Part shown: piece after piece, positions 47,397 through 60,345 of the stretch
Numbering within the stretch: position 1 is the stretch's first letter
Layout of the letters: the number at the start of each line of letters is the position of its first letter
Assembly: GCF_032444005.1 (NCBI RefSeq)
Contig: NC_091282.1
Coordinates: 353,958,001 to 354,022,000, forward strand
Origin: Ranitomeya imitator
Taxonomy: Eukaryota
Reading direction: 5' to 3'
Length of the DNA stretch: 64,000 nt
Notes under the pieces: generated by a model
What the model was told of the DNA's origin: nothing
Databases searched by the model: none
What the model saw: the letters and a program-made list of their open reading frames with translations, nothing else
Program-made: the position numbers and the translations under genes

Positions 47397-50300
47397 TTAA
47401 CGCCAATACTTTCCGTGCCAAAAAGAGCGTCTCTCGGAGAAAGATCCCAGTATAATGATCCCAAGTCTCCTCATCCCACACCCCGACAAACAGGTCAATG
47501 GCCTGAGCGGGACAGGGATTGACAGTAAAGACGTTAGTAATGTCGTGACCTCACTCCAGTAATGAAGAACTACAGGGCACCTCCAAATCATATGAATAAA
47601 ATCTGCGTCAGGCATATGACACCGTAAACAATCTGACGAATGTAAGCAACCCATTTTAAAGAGTCGTGTCGGGGTCAAATAGGTCTGATATACTATATAC
47701 AACTGAGTCATCCTATTATTGACTGAGGGTGAAACTGTAGTTGGAGATTCTAGAATATCCTCCCATTCCTCTCCCAGTACATCAGGAAGGAGTTCCTCCC
47801 ATTTCCCTCTGACAGAATTGATGACAGACCCATCTCCCACGGATAGTAGATATGTATATAGAGTGGAAAGGAGTCCTTGAGGACCCTGTGAGTTGAGGAT
47901 ACCTATCAAAGGTAAAGAAGAGATCGACCGAACCGTATCTACATTCCGTATGTGCGACTGGAAGGCTGATCTTAATTGTAAATACCGGAAGAATTGAGAC
48001 CTCGGGATGTTGTAATTATTCTGTAGTTGTTCAAAAGTTACAAAAACCCCCTGGTCATGTACATCGCTCACCGAGAGAACACCGCAGGAAATCCAAAAAT
48101 CAGTAGATGGGTGATTCAGTAATTCTGGTAGATAACTATTATTCCACAGTGGCATTTCAGCTATGACATCCACAAAATTAATAACTTTTTTAATTTGTCT
48201 CCATACCAATCTCGCCAGCCGGAGCATAGGCAACAGACGACAAGTACCAACTTTCTCCATCTCCAAGAATCCCAGTGGGCAATCAATCCGGGCAGAATGA
48301 ATTAAATGACTCTCGGAATTAGGTAGGGAGCTATTAGGCATCCACTTACTTATCGCCCTGGCCTGCCCGGCAAGGCAATACAGATAGAGGTCTGGTAGGG
48401 CCGCCCCACCCCCCTTTTTTGGTCTCTGTAGAATAGATAGTTTGAGTTTGGGCCTGGTCTTCCCCCATATAAAGGATGTGATTAAAGAGTTTAAATTTGC
48501 AAAAAATGACTTGGGTATTGGTACAGCACTATGTTGAAAACCGTAATTGAGTTTGGGAAGCAGTATCATTTTAATTAGATTAATGTGGCCTGCAACAGAG
48601 AGGGGGAGTCTACTCCAGGTCATAAATTTAGATTTGATCAAATCCAACAGTGGATAAATGTTAAGTTGTAGGTCTAACCGACTATATTGAGACATATGAA
48701 TACCCAGATATTTGAAATTGGAAACCACAGGTAGCGACGTGAGAGTCCCGAGACAGGGAGCCGGAGTATGAGATAAAGGCATCAGGGCAGATTTATCCCA
48801 ATTTATATATAGACCGGAGAATTTACTAAATTTATCTATGGTCGCTATCACTTGTGGTAGAGATTCTTCTATTTTATCCATAAATATTATCATGTCATCA
48901 GCATAAAGACCGATGGTATCCACACGACCCGCGATATTTATTCCTTTAATATCTGTGGAGGACCTTATGCGTATTGCTAAGGCTTCTATCGTGAGAGCAA
49001 AGAGAGCCGGGGATAAAGGACATCCCTGACGGGTTCGCCTATGTAAGGTAAAAGAATCAGAGGTGGAGTTATTTACAATTACACGCGCCCTGGGATTTTT
49101 ATACAGTGTGTCTATCCCCCTAATAAATGTCTCTCCAAAACCATATTTCTGCAGACACGCAGAGAGAAAAGGCCACCCGAGAGAGTCGAACGCCTTGGCC
49201 GTATCCAGCGATGCCAGCGCCCAACTATTATCCGGCTCTAAAGAGCTATATTGAATCACCGATTGGACCCGCCTGATATTGATAGAAGTACTTTTCCCAG
49301 GCATAAAGCCTGTTTGATCCGGGTGTATAAGGTCTAATATGAGCGTATTTAGTCTAGTGGCCAATATTTTAGTGAAAATTTTGTAATCTACGTTTACTAG
49401 TGATATGGGGCGATACGATCCGCATTCCAGAGGGTCCTTCCCTTCTTTAAGTACAATAATGTTTGCATCATAAAATGTTTCGGGCATGAATCCTCCCTCC
49501 CATATACTCCGAAGTACCTTCAATAAAAGTGGTGCCAATTGACCCCGATATTTCTTATACAGCTCAATAGGAAACCCATCAGATCCAGGGGCCTTCCCGG
49601 TGGCCATATCCATTATAGCTTGCCCCACCTCCTCCAAAGTGAACTCAGCCTCCATAAAGGCTTGCTGAGCTGGACTCAACGAGGGGAATGTTATATCCGA
49701 TAAATAATCTGCACATTCAGGGACACCGAAACCCCCACTAGACTTGTATAAAGATTTATAGTAATCATAAAAACACTGGAGGATCTCCTCAGTAGAGGAT
49801 ACCAATGAACCATCAGGTGCCCGGATCTGTAGTACCGTATCAGATGTGTTGTGCTGGCGTACTAAAAAAGCCAATAGTTTGCTGGCCTGGTTCCCCAATT
49901 CGAAATAGGACTGACGGGTAAAAAACAATTTGCGTTTTGATTTTATGTCTATATGTTGAGTATATAACCTTTGGGAAGTAAGCCATGCCACCCTGTTGCC
50001 ACTAGTTTGGCTGGCTACATAAGCGGTCTCGGACTCCTTCAGCCGTCGCTCCATCTCGTCATCCTCCCCCACCGTCATCCTTTTAATATAGGAAATTGTG
50101 GAAGACAGACATCCCCTTAGATATGCTTTTAAAGTATCCCAGAATAGACCAAAATTTGAGGGGTCTGGGTGAGTAAAGATAAAGCAGTTCAGCTGATCCA
50201 CCGTTCTATCGCTAGAATCTATTAATTTCAGCCAGAAGGGATTCAATTTCCAGGGTATAGTATTATTTGACTGACCGTATTTAAGTTTAAGAATAACTGG

Positions 50301-51005
50301 GCTGTGGTCCGATATCCCCCTATTGCCATGCTTAACACTATCCACCCATAATGCCAGGTCACTAGATCCAAATATATAGTCTATACGAGACAGAGACCGT
50401 TTAGTTGACGAGTGGCAAGTGTAATCCCTCATCTCAGGGTGACGTATTCTCCATAGGTCCAGCCATCCGCTACCGTTCATAAACAGTGCCAATTGAGAAG
50501 AGGATTGAATAGAAGGGCCCCCAGATATCCCATCGTCCAGTCTCAATCTATCTAAGGAACTATCCATAACTAGGTTAAAATCTCCCATACAAATAATACT
50601 AGCATCAGGATAATTTAGGGAGAATCCCATTGCCATACGGAGAACCGATATATTAGCTGGGGGTGGGTTATAGATGCACAGTATCACGTATTCCCTTGTG
50701 TTAATAAAGGCGTGCACAAAAACAAAGCGACCTTCGGGATCTCGTCTTGCCTCCCTGGCCTCCCACCTAACACTTCTATGGATTAGCAGAGAGACCACTC
50801 TTGAATAGCTGGTATGGAATGCGTGGAGGGACCACTGTACCCAAGGCTTTTGTGTACATTTAGCTGTGTCCCTGGTCAGATGTGTCTCTACAAGTGCTAC
50901 CACATGGGGATGATACCGCTTAATGTGTGAAAATACCTTGATTTTTTTACGGAGAGTCTTAATACCCCGTATATTCCAAGTCATACATATAATCTCAGAC
51001 CCCAT
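47397..51005 (-). CDS. L1 ORF2p (APE endonuclease + RT + C-terminal Cys motif), 1202 aa open; native C-terminus (to stop at 47242) shifted by one frameshift near 47480
   Basis: TWNIRG, LVETHL, MGDFN, SRIDYIF, SDHSPV; YRPISLVNVD, LDTAKAFD, RQGCPLSP, LYADD; CLRC...FIHMIWRC. Confidence 0.95.
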   Translation of the reverse strand: MGSEIICMTWNIRGIKTLRKKIKVFSHIKRYHPHVVALVETHLTRDTAKCTQKPWVQWSLHAFHTSYSRVVSLLIHRSVRWEAREARRDPEGRFVFVHAFINTREYVILCIYNPPPANISVLRMAMGFSLNYPDASIICMGDFNLVMDSSLDRLRLDDGISGGPSIQSSSQLALFMNGSGWLDLWRIRHPEMRDYTCHSSTKRSLSRIDYIFGSSDLALWVDSVKHGNRGISDHSPVILKLKYGQSNNTIPWKLNPFWLKLIDSSDRTVDQLNCFIFTHPDPSNFGLFWDTLKAYLRGCLSSTISYIKRMTVGEDDEMERRLKESETAYVASQTSGNRVAWLTSQRLYTQHIDIKSKRKLFFTRQSYFELGNQASKLLAFLVRQHNTSDTVLQIRAPDGSLVSSTEEILQCFYDYYKSLYKSSGGFGVPECADYLSDITFPSLSPAQQAFMEAEFTLEEVGQAIMDMATGKAPGSDGFPIELYKKYRGQLAPLLLKVLRSIWEGGFMPETFYDANIIVLKEGKDPLECGSYRPISLVNVDYKIFTKILATRLNTLILDLIHPDQTGFMPGKSTSINIRRVQSVIQYSSLEPDNSWALASLDTAKAFDSLGWPFLSACLQKYGFGETFIRGIDTLYKNPRARVIVNNSTSDSFTLHRRTRQGCPLSPALFALTIEALAIRIRSSTDIKGINIAGRVDTIGLYADDMIIFMDKIEESLPQVIATIDKFSKFSGLYINWDKSALMPLSHTPAPCLGTLTSLPVVSNFKYLGIHMSQYSRLDLQLNIYPLLDLIKSKFMTWSRLPLSVAGHINLIKMILLPKLNYGFQHSAVPIPKSFFANLNSLITSFIWGKTRPKLKLSILQRPKKGGGAALPDLYLYCLAGQARAISKWMPNSSLPNSESHLIHSARIDCPLGFLEMEKVGTCRLLPMLRLARLVWRQIKKVINFVDVIAEMPLWNNSYLPELLNHPSTDFWISCGVLSVSDVHDQGVFVTFEQLQNNYNIPRSQFFRYLQLRSAFQSHIRNVDTVRSISSLPLIGILNSQGPQGLLSTLYTYLLSVGDGSVINSVRGKWEELLPDVLGEEWEDILESPTTVSPSVNNRMTQLYIVYQTYLTPTRLFKMGCLHSSDCLRCHMPDADFIHMIWRCPVVLHYWSEVTTLLTSLLSIPVPLRPLTCLSGCGMRRLGIIILGSFSERRSFWHGKYWR

Positions 51006-51287
51006 ATCTACACTTAAGAAAAGGAATATTGTACACCATAGCTCGCGCAGAGATCAGGAACACCACACAGAGCACAGAATTATCAATGGCGACTATCAAA
51101 CATATCAAACAATCAAAACTGGTGTAAAAACCCAAACAAAACAAAGCTCGAACAGTGGAGGAGTATAATCCTACAGTCAAATAGAAAAGGGGATACCCTC
51201 ACTGGAATCAGCGTTCGGTATTGTTGATAAGCTCAACACCTGTCTGGAGAGCTCTATTTTGTGTTGCTATTGGATAAGGAAGATTGC

Positions 51288-52184
51288 TCAGGAGTCCGGC
51301 ACATTAGACGCCTTGCATATTCGTAACCATTCGGTTACCTCCGCCGGATCTGTAAAAAACAGGGACGAGCCTTCATGGACAACGCGGAGTCGAGCTGGGT
51401 AAAGCATGGAATAAATGAGGTTTTTATCCCTGAGCCGCTTCTTAACTTCCACAAATCGAACTCGCTGTTTTTGGAGCTCCATGGAAAAATCCGGGAAAAT
51501 TGATACAGTAGCGTTATTGAATTTAATAGGGCCCTTCTGCCTCGCCAGGCGGAGTATCGCATCTCTGTCTCTACAGTTGAGAAGACGCGCCAAGAAGGGC
51601 CGGGGCGGAGCTCCGGGGGGAAGGGGCCTCGTCGGTACTCTATGGGCCCTCTCCACGGAAAATGTTGAGGAGAATCCATCTCCCAAGGAGGTTTTAAGCC
51701 AATCCTCTAGGAATTGCTCAGGTTGCTGACCCTCCGAGCGCTCCGGCAGGCCTATAATTCGAATGTTATTACGGCGCAGTCTATTTTCCAGGTTGTCTGC
51801 TTTTTGTTTCCAGGCATTTACGGACCCGGCGGCTTTTGACAATTTAGTTTCCATAGGGGTAATGGTGTCTTCTATCTGAGACACTCTTGTTTCAACCTCC
51901 GAGATGCGTTCCCTCATAGCTTGCATATCATGCCGCAAACGACCCACTTCAGTATGTACGTCCATTTTCTCAGTAAGAGAAGATCTGGTGAGGGATATAG
52001 CCTGCATCAGTTGTTCAGACGCTTGTTTAAGAGTCAGTTCTCCCTCCTCATTACTGTCAGAAGGACGATTTTTGCGTTGGTTCTGCGTGGAATTATATCT
52101 GAGAGAACGTACACTATCATGGGCATCCTCTCTGGCATATTTCTTTAATTTCTCAGCAGCCCCCATTCCCTTGGAGTGCTGCAT
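51288..52184 (-). CDS. L1 ORF1p (coiled-coil/RRM/CTD), 298 aa, open
   Basis: LENRLRRNNIRIIGLPE, VERAHRV, IFPDFS..LQKQR..F, YSMLYPARLRV. Confidence 0.92.
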   Translation of the reverse strand: MQHSKGMGAAEKLKKYAREDAHDSVRSLRYNSTQNQRKNRPSDSNEEGELTLKQASEQLMQAISLTRSSLTEKMDVHTEVGRLRHDMQAMRERISEVETRVSQIEDTITPMETKLSKAAGSVNAWKQKADNLENRLRRNNIRIIGLPERSEGQQPEQFLEDWLKTSLGDGFSSTFSVERAHRVPTRPLPPGAPPRPFLARLLNCRDRDAILRLARQKGPIKFNNATVSIFPDFSMELQKQRVRFVEVKKRLRDKNLIYSMLYPARLRVVHEGSSLFFTDPAEVTEWLRICKASNVPDS

Positions 52185-53473
52185 GGTGATTAGCAGAAGG
52201 ACCCTTCAGAAGGATCACACATATAGTTATAGCTGGTCTATTCCCCAATAGCTGACTCGGCAAAATTAAATCCTGGAGTAGATCCCAGGGAGACCACCAG
52301 TCACATAAGGGGATTGTCAGATATTCATAAAAGCGGCAACTCAGGGTTCACTCAGGCACTATGCCCCAAAGCAGCCTACAGCCTCTACAGGCAGCACAGC
52401 AGGAAGGGAGGGGTTAATCCCTCCAAAGTTTTTATGGCACATATAGGAGCTTGTCAGATAAGGGGGGTGCAGGGCCCAATCTTCCAGGGCTCACACCGCA
52501 CTACCCCTTTATTGTTACAGTGATTTGTTCACCTCCTGGGTTATACCGCGATCATGCTGTATAGCGCCGCTCTCTTCACTACTGGAGAGCGCGCTGCAGT
52601 GATGGTTGCCGTCCTCCCAGGCGCCGCTGCTGCCCCAGACACAGTACCTGTATCTCAGCGTTCCACAGCGCTCCCGCCGCTGTCCCAGACCCAGCACCTG
52701 TATCTTGGCGCTCCACAGCGCTCCTGGTTCAGCGCAGGTGTCTGCCTCCTCCAGGGGAGGTGTATCTGGCTCCAGCGATCGCCGGCGCTGTGTCCTGTAT
52801 GTCGGAACACGCGCCCAAGATGGCCGCCGCAGCCCAGGGATTTTAACCGCCCGTCCAGGCCACTTCACTTCCCGGCGTCTCTGGGCTCCCAAATTGCAGC
52901 TTTCGGGGGTCGCCGGTCTCCTGGAGTCCTGAGAGCACCTTTCCAGCCGATACAGCAGGTATGTCCGGGGATTTATGGCAGGATTAAGTTCAGGATGAAC
53001 GGAGCTCTCCCGAGGTGCGTCCTCTCTCCTGGACTACATAGCCACGCCCCCCTACTGATTTCTATAAAGCAGTTACTTGCTCACCTCATCTTCTGAAGAG
53101 ATGCATATATAAATCACCAATCTGCAGATTTCAGACCAAGTCTACTAAAACTAAGTGCAGCTCTCAGCTGTCTGGGGCTGTGTGCTTGTTTGAATGCCTT
53201 GTTATCTCTATATCTATATACAGAGTTAACAGTGTAGACTCAACAAATCACTGATAGCTAAATGTGTTATAGCAGAACTTCTGAGCTTTCTAGTTCTAAT
53301 AATTTAGTGCTACTATTCACCCAAGCTTACACTCAAGGAGGAGAGCCTGCCCTGTTAGAAACCAGGAATTGAAAGAGACTGGAAAGCTGTGTGCTGCTCA
53401 AGAGACAACTTGAGAATACCTCCTTAAATATACTCATGTAATGAGCTGTATCAACAAGTTACTCTGTGCTTAA

Positions 53474-53845
53474 AGGCAATCGGTCATCAAATTAATGCTG
53501 CCCGAACCATGGGCGCATATTTACAGCCAGGTACATTTTATTCTGAAATGCTGCAGTGTTTCAGATGAAACATTTGGTTCTTGGACAGCTTTTCTATATT
53601 TCTCAGTTGACTAGTTAAGGCTGGTCCAAGCTGGCTTCTTCCTGTCCCGATCCCGGAGATGCCGGGCAAGGACCAGCCTCGACTAGGTCAGTGAGACAGT
53701 CCTCGGCAGGCTTTTCCAAGTACCGTATATTTAATTTGAAACACAGCAGTATTTGAGTTCAACAGATCCGGCTACGATCACGCAACCAGTGTCCGATTCA
53801 TAACACCTGTGGTTTGGGCAGCATGTCCCTAATGACAGGATCCCT
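53474..53845. mobile_element. Kolobok/T2-type MITE
   Basis: TTAA|aggcaatcggtcat ... atgacaggatccct|TTAA. Confidence 0.6.
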
Positions 53846-54339
53846 TTAAAGAATAATATTCACGATTTAGCCTTACAAATGGTGGCTATGAACTCTGTTC
53901 TACAATTTCACTCTTTCATTGGTCGTAAACCAACATCAAATATCTTTATATCGAAACCGTAGCATTGTACACTTTCTAAACTACAGAGTTATAAACTTCC
54001 CAAAAGTCTTTGCTTAACAAAAAAAAAAATCATCTTTTTTTAAACACTGCAAAATAAAAAAATTGAACATGGCCTTATATAATAATACCACCACAAAATT
54101 GTGTCCCCAAAACAATTGCTAGAATAAAGAAAGTGGGCAATCCATTAGAAAGCCTTTCCAAAGCCAGTTTCCACGCTTAAATAAAGCCGAAACATTTATC
54201 TTAACACTAGGAACTAGATTATGGGAACAAGAATGCAGCCAAGTGGTGTCACTCTGTTTTGGGCTTGGAAGAGGTCGGTTGTAGAGCACTCTTGTAACCC
54301 TACTACTTAGTATGCATATTCCATGAGACATCTTCTACA

Positions 54340-55902
54340 CACTGTGTGCAGAATTATTAGGCAAGTTGTATTTTGATTACATGATACTTTTTATACATGT
54401 TGTCCTACTCCAAGCTGTTCAGGCTTGAGAGCCAACTACCAATTAAGTAAATCAGATGATGTGCATCTCTGTAATGAGGAGGGGTGTTGTCTAATTACAT
54501 CAGAACCTTTTATAAGGTGTGCTTAATTATTAGGCAACTTCCTTTCCTTTGGCAAAATGGGTCACAAGAGAGATTTGACCGGCTTTGAAAAGTCCAAAAT
54601 TGTGAGATGTCTTGCAGAGAGATGCAACAGTCTTAAAATTGCCAAACTTTTGAAGCGTTATCACCGAACAAGCAAGAGTTTCATGGCAAATAGCCAACAG
54701 GGTCGCAAGAAGCGTGTTGGGCAAAAAAGGCGCAAAATAACTGCCCATGAATTGAGGAAAATCAAGCGTGAAGCTGCCAAGATGCCATTTGTCACCAGTT
54801 TTGCCATATTTCAGAGCTGCAACGTTACTGGAGTAACAAAAAACACAAGGTGTGCGATACTCAGGGACATGACCAAGGTAAAGAAGGCTGAAAAACGACC
54901 ACCTTTGAACAAGAAACATAAGATAAAACGTCAAGACTGGGCCAAGAAATATCTTAAGACTGACTTTTCAAAGGTTTTATGGACTGATGAAATGAGAGTG
55001 ACTCTTGATGGGCAAGAGGCTGGATCAGTAAAGGGCAGAGAGCTCCACTCCGACTCAGACGCCAGCAAGGTGGAGGTGGGGTACTGGTATGGGCTGGTAT
55101 CATCAAAGATGATCCTGTGGGACTTTTTTGGGTTGAGGATGGAGTGAAGCTCAACTCCCAGACCTACTGCCAGTTTCTGGAAGACAACTACTTCAAGCAG
55201 TGGTACAGGATGAAGTCGGTATCGTTCAAGAAAAACATGATTTTCATGCAGGACAATGCTCTATCACATGCCTACAACTACTCCACAGCGTGGCTGGCCA
55301 GTAAAGGTCTCAAAGAAGAAAAAATAATGACATGGCCCCCTTGCTCACCTCATCTGAACCCCATAGAGAACCGGTGGTCCCTCATAAAATGTGAGATCTA
55401 TAGGGAGGGACAACAGTACACCTCTCGGAACAGTGTCTGGGAGGCTGTGGTGGCTGCTGCACGCAATGTTGATCATGAACAGATCAAGCAACTGACAATC
55501 TCTGGATGGAAGGCTGCTGAGTGTCATCATAAAGAAAGGTGGCTATACTGGTCAGTGGTCACTAATTTTTTGTGGTTTTGTTTTTGCATGTCAGAAATGT
55601 TTATTTCTAAATTTTGTGCAGTAATATTGGTTTACCTGGTGAAAATAAACAAGTGAGATGAGAATATATTTGGTTTTTATTAAGTTGCCTAATAATTCTG
55701 CACAGTAATAGTTACCTGCACAAACAGATATCCTCCTAAGATAGCCAAATCTAAAAAAAAAAAAAAAAAACCCACTCCAACTTCCAAAAATATTAAGCTT
55801 TGATATTTATGAGTCTTTTGGGTTGATTGAGAACATAGTTGTTGATCAATAATAAAAATAATCCTGTAAAATACAACTTGCCTAATAATTCTGCACACAG
55901 TG
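54340..55902 (+). mobile_element. Tc1/mariner full-length element, frameshifted transposase
   Basis: TIR cactgtgtgcagaattattaggcaagttgtattt with inverted copy ending at 55902|TA; motifs WTDE, MQDNA, SPHLNPIE. Confidence 0.92.
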
Positions 55903-58336
55903 TAGAAGTGTGGAGCAGAATGAAGTGCTGAGCAGCACAATCCTGCAGTGATGGGGCTTCAAGTCTTCTCACCTAAATGTGGCCTAGTGCTCAGAGTGTA
56001 GATGAGGGAACTGGAGGGAATTTTCAATGCCGACTTGGCAAAAAAAAATTATGTACAGCAATTTACAGTATAAAAAAAAAAAAAAAAATACACGGAAAAT
56101 TTTTAGAACTCCATACAAACATACCGGGGAAAACTGAAGCCTAGAAATCAAAACATGCCATGAATTGTTAAAGCCGAGTTTGACTGTGAATTTCCTTTAC
56201 TCATATCTGTCCCTAACCCAAAAGCGATATTCATGAAATAAAGCACTGAATTTTGCTGAGGGTTAAGACGAAAGTCTGCTACATTTTGACTTGTCCTCCG
56301 AGTGGAGGTACCTTTTATGGTTCCATCAGCTGGAAACGTCTCATCTGTTGTAAGTGATGATAAATAGGCCTACATATGAGAAACCACTTTAACCCCCTTC
56401 ACTCTGATTTCACCTTCCTGACCAGGCCAAATTGTACAATTCTGACCACTGTCACTTTAAGTGGTAATATCTCTGGAATGCTTCAACGGATCCCACAGTC
56501 GGAGACTGTTTTTTCGTGACGTATATTCAGGATAGTGGTAACATTTCTTCCATATGACTCATTTGTAAAAATATCGGAAATTTGGTGAAAAAATTGCAAA
56601 CTTTAGCAACTTTTCAAACTTAATTTTTGTGCCCTTAAACCAGAGTAATTTCACACAAAATAGTTAATAAAATAACATTTCCCACATGTCTACTTTAACG
56701 CAGCACAATTTTTGAAACAATTTATTTTTGTTAGGAAGTTAAAAGCATTAAAAATTGACCAGCGATCTCATTTTTGCAACAAAATTTACAAAAATTTTTT
56801 TTTTTGGGTATCATCTCACATTTGAAGTGACTGAGGGGCCTATATGATGATAGAAAATACCCAAAAGACACCATTCTAAAAACTGCAAACCTCGAGGTGC
56901 TCAAAACCACATTCAAGCAGTTTATTTACCCTTCAGGTGCTTCACAGGAATTAATAGAATGTGGAAAGAAAAAAAACAAACATTTAACCTTTATTCACAA
57001 AATTTTATATTTTGGACCAGTGATGGGGAACCTTTTGGAGACAAGAGTGCCCAAACTGAAATCCAAAACCTACTTATTTAATCACAAAATGCAAACATGG
57101 CAATTTAATCTGAATACTGTGGTTTTAGATTAGAAAAACAACTCGTACATTAGCACGGTATACAGTCTATAGCAAAGAGCTTGTAAGCGCTGCATTCCAA
57201 GCCTAAGATACTAGCCACTGAGTTGAATTCTATTAAAAAAAGTAAAATTGCAAAATTTGTTTTTACAACCTCTCTGTAATTGTAAACCTCTATCATGATG
57301 AGAATAACCCTTTAAAGCAGGGATGTCAAACTCAAACACAGAGGGCCAAAGTTAAAAGCTTGGAGAAAGTCGCAGGCCAACCTCAATATTTGTAAAAAAT
57401 AAAAAGGTCTACAATTGAGAAGTTTTTCCTTATCAAACAAAACAATTAACTTTTGGAATTATAGTGGAATAATAATGTTATTTAAGAGCAGTAAAAAGAA
57501 TATGGCCCAATGCCCTAATTTAAATGTGTAAAAGATTTAAAAAAAACTGTGAATAAAACAGATAAAGTATGTTGCAAACAAAAGTGCCAAACAGTACTAT
57601 ACCCCCACAATGAATTCCTCCATATGCACAGTATGATGACCCTACTATACCCCCCTTGATCATTTCCTCCAAAAAGAATGGTGTCCCCATCACTGCATGA
57701 CTCTCCACCTGAAGCTCTCCATACTGTATAACGGCCCCACACGACGCCCCATACTGTACAATCTGGTGTCTTCGTATATCACAGTCTTACCTGCGGGCAT
57801 GGCATTTCCCTCATCACTAGCGCCGCCACTCTCATCCTGTGCGCCATGCTCCTCAGCATGCGCAGAGTGCCCCGACGCTAGTGAGGAGGGAAATGGCAGT
57901 GCTAGCTTTGAGGAGATTCCAGTTGTCACGCATGCAAGGGCTTTGCGTGAAACCTCTGACACGCGTGCCACAGGCTCACCACCACACAGACCCCCAATTT
58001 TTTATTTTTTTATTTTTATTTTCGCAAGGGTAACAAGAAAATTGTTGTGCAATTTCTCCCAAGTACTCACATACCCCAAATTTTGGGGAAAACCACAGTT
58101 TGGGCCACACAGCAGAGATCGGAAGGGAAGGAGCGCTATTTGATTTTTTTTCATGTAAAATTTGATGGAATCATTAGCGAACGCCATGTCACGTTTGGAG
58201 AGCCCCTGATGTGCCTAAAGAGTGGAAACCCCCCCACAAGGGACTCCATTTTGGAAACTAGACCTCACAGGAAACTTATCTAGATGTGTGGTGAGCTCCA
58301 TGAACCCCCAGGTGCTTCACAGAAGTTACGGTAATA

Positions 58337-58470
58337 NNNNNNNNNNNNNNNNNNNNNNNNNNNNNNNNNNNNNNNNNNNNNNNNNNNNNNNNNNNNNNNN
58401 NNNNNNNNNNNNNNNNNNNNNNNNNNNNNNNNNNNNNNNNNNNNNNNNNNNNNNNNNNNNNNNNNNNNNT
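58337..58470. other. Assembly gap (134 N)
   Basis: N run. Confidence 1.
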
Positions 58471-60345
58471 ATTTTTTTCCCCACAAGGTTAAGAGGGGAA
58501 AATGGGCCTCAAAATTTGTTGTGCAATTTCTCCTGAGTACAACAATACTTCATATGTGGCCGAGAACGACTTGAGGCACAGTGCAGAGCTCAGAAGGGAA
58601 GAAATGCCATATTAGAGTTCAGATTTTGCTGGACTAGTTTGAGGGTGCCATGTCACAATGATTGAGCCCCTGAGGTGCCAGAAAAGCAGAACCCCCCATA
58701 AGTGACCCCATTTTACAAACTACACTTCTCAATGAATTAATCTAGAGGTGCAATGATCAGATCATATTAACACCACAGGTCTGTCAGAATTTTATACCAT
58801 TGGGAGGTGAAGAAAAAATAACTACATTTTCACCACTAAAATTTAGTTTTAGCCCAAGATCTTACATTTTTCACACTGGGAAATGGGTAAAAATGGTACC
58901 AAAATGTGTCCCACAATTTCTGCGGAATGTGGAAATACCCCATATGTTGCTGTACAGTATTGTTTATGGCGAGACTCTGGAAGGACGAAGCACTATTTGC
59001 CTTCTGGAGCACAGATTTTGGTAGAATAATTTGCGGACTCCATACCCACAGCCCCTAAAGCGCTAGGAGAGCAGAATCCCCCATGAAAATTATAGCCCTT
59101 TGGGAAATTATCTACAGGTGTAGTGAAGATTTTGACTCCATGGGCGTTTTCCAGAAACAAGCAGCAGTGGATGTTGCTGAGTGATAATTGCAAACTGCCA
59201 TTGTAGTGACCAGTACGCTGTAGTGACCAGGTTGTGCTTCTGGAGACATGCACCTTTAACTTAGGCGGGCTCTCATCGCTACAGAAGTGACAAATGCCAA
59301 ATGTGGTTTAGGCACACTGTGGTGCTCAGAAGGGAGGGTCATTTGGATTTGAGAGTGCAGTAATTGCTCAATTTCTTTTGGGGACAAGAAGCTTTTCCAG
59401 AGTCTTTGCACTACCAGTAATGTGGAAGCCCCCTATTTTCCGTTAAAAGATGACGGAGCCAAGAGGAGACTTGCTTTGTTTGTGGATTGATTTGTAGCTT
59501 TCGCAGCAGGGAATATTTTGCATAACAATTGGGATCACATTTATACTGCGCTCTACGCTGAGCACTTTCTTTGGGATGGGGGTTTCCATCTAAATCTCTT
59601 AGTGACTTGATTCAGATGAAACCCTTGAGGGACCCATTCACTGCAGCAGCAGAGTTACTCTGGACTCCTTCTGGCCTCTTCAGCAATGTACTTTTCACAG
59701 GTGCCCAAAACTCTTGTCGACTGCACTTTTATGCAATCCTAAAAAGACGGACACCGCTGGATCATAGGCAGCCACACGGCATCCACTGTGCCTCGATCTG
59801 CCTCATTATAAGGAATCTTCCTCTGGAAATTCCATCTGAATCACATTTTTCAGAGATTTGCAAGCGCTCAACGTAGAGCGCGGTATAAATGTGTGCCGAG
59901 AAATAAACATGGAAAAAAATAAACAGCAGGTAAAGAATTTTTATTTATGTTTTTATGCCGTTCCTCGTACAGTATAAGCGATTAGACAACTTTATTCTTC
60001 AAGTCGGTGCAATTACAGCAATACCAGATAGCTTTTTTTTTTATATGTTTGGATGCTATGACAGACTTTAATGCAAAAGTATCGCCTTATTTTGATAGCT
60101 ATAATTTTTCCATATTTCAGCTGACAGTCACGTGAGGCTTGCTTTTTGCAGGATGAGTTGATGTTTTTATTGGTACCATTTTTGGGCACATGACATTTTT
60201 TGATCGCCTTCTACTCCAATTTTTCAGAGGCAGAGTGAACAAAAACCAGCAATTCAGGATTTTTTTTTTATGCTGTTCTGCGTGCGGTAAAATTGATAAG
60301 GCAGCTTTATGATCCGGGTCAGTACAAAAACAGCGATACCACTTA

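Larger units (their letters stand above)
46770..53050 (-). mobile_element. Full-length L1-clade LINE (6.28 kb), nearly intact
   Basis: 13-bp TSD cctactgatttct (46757-46769 / 53051-53063); poly(A) tail (T-run 46770-46786) preceded by AATAAA; GC-rich 5' end ggggggcgtggc; ORF1 and ORF2. Confidence 0.97.
46544..53423. mobile_element. Kolobok/T2-type MITE (about 600 bp) split by the L1 insertion
   Basis: TTAA|ggggtattttcaag ... cttgagaatacctcc|TTAA, imperfect TIRs. Confidence 0.6.

Noticed and set aside
52554-53096. 180-aa plus-strand ORF in the L1 5'UTR (ORF0-like)
   Set aside because: GC-rich UTRs give long ORFs by chance; no recognisable motif or other support.
56312-56344. 33-nt AG..GT-bounded segment on the minus strand (DETFPADGTIK), possible parp2 micro-exon
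   Set aside because: No similarity to PARP2, weak donor (gtacct), and the expected KAPVDPEC exon is absent between it and 46510.
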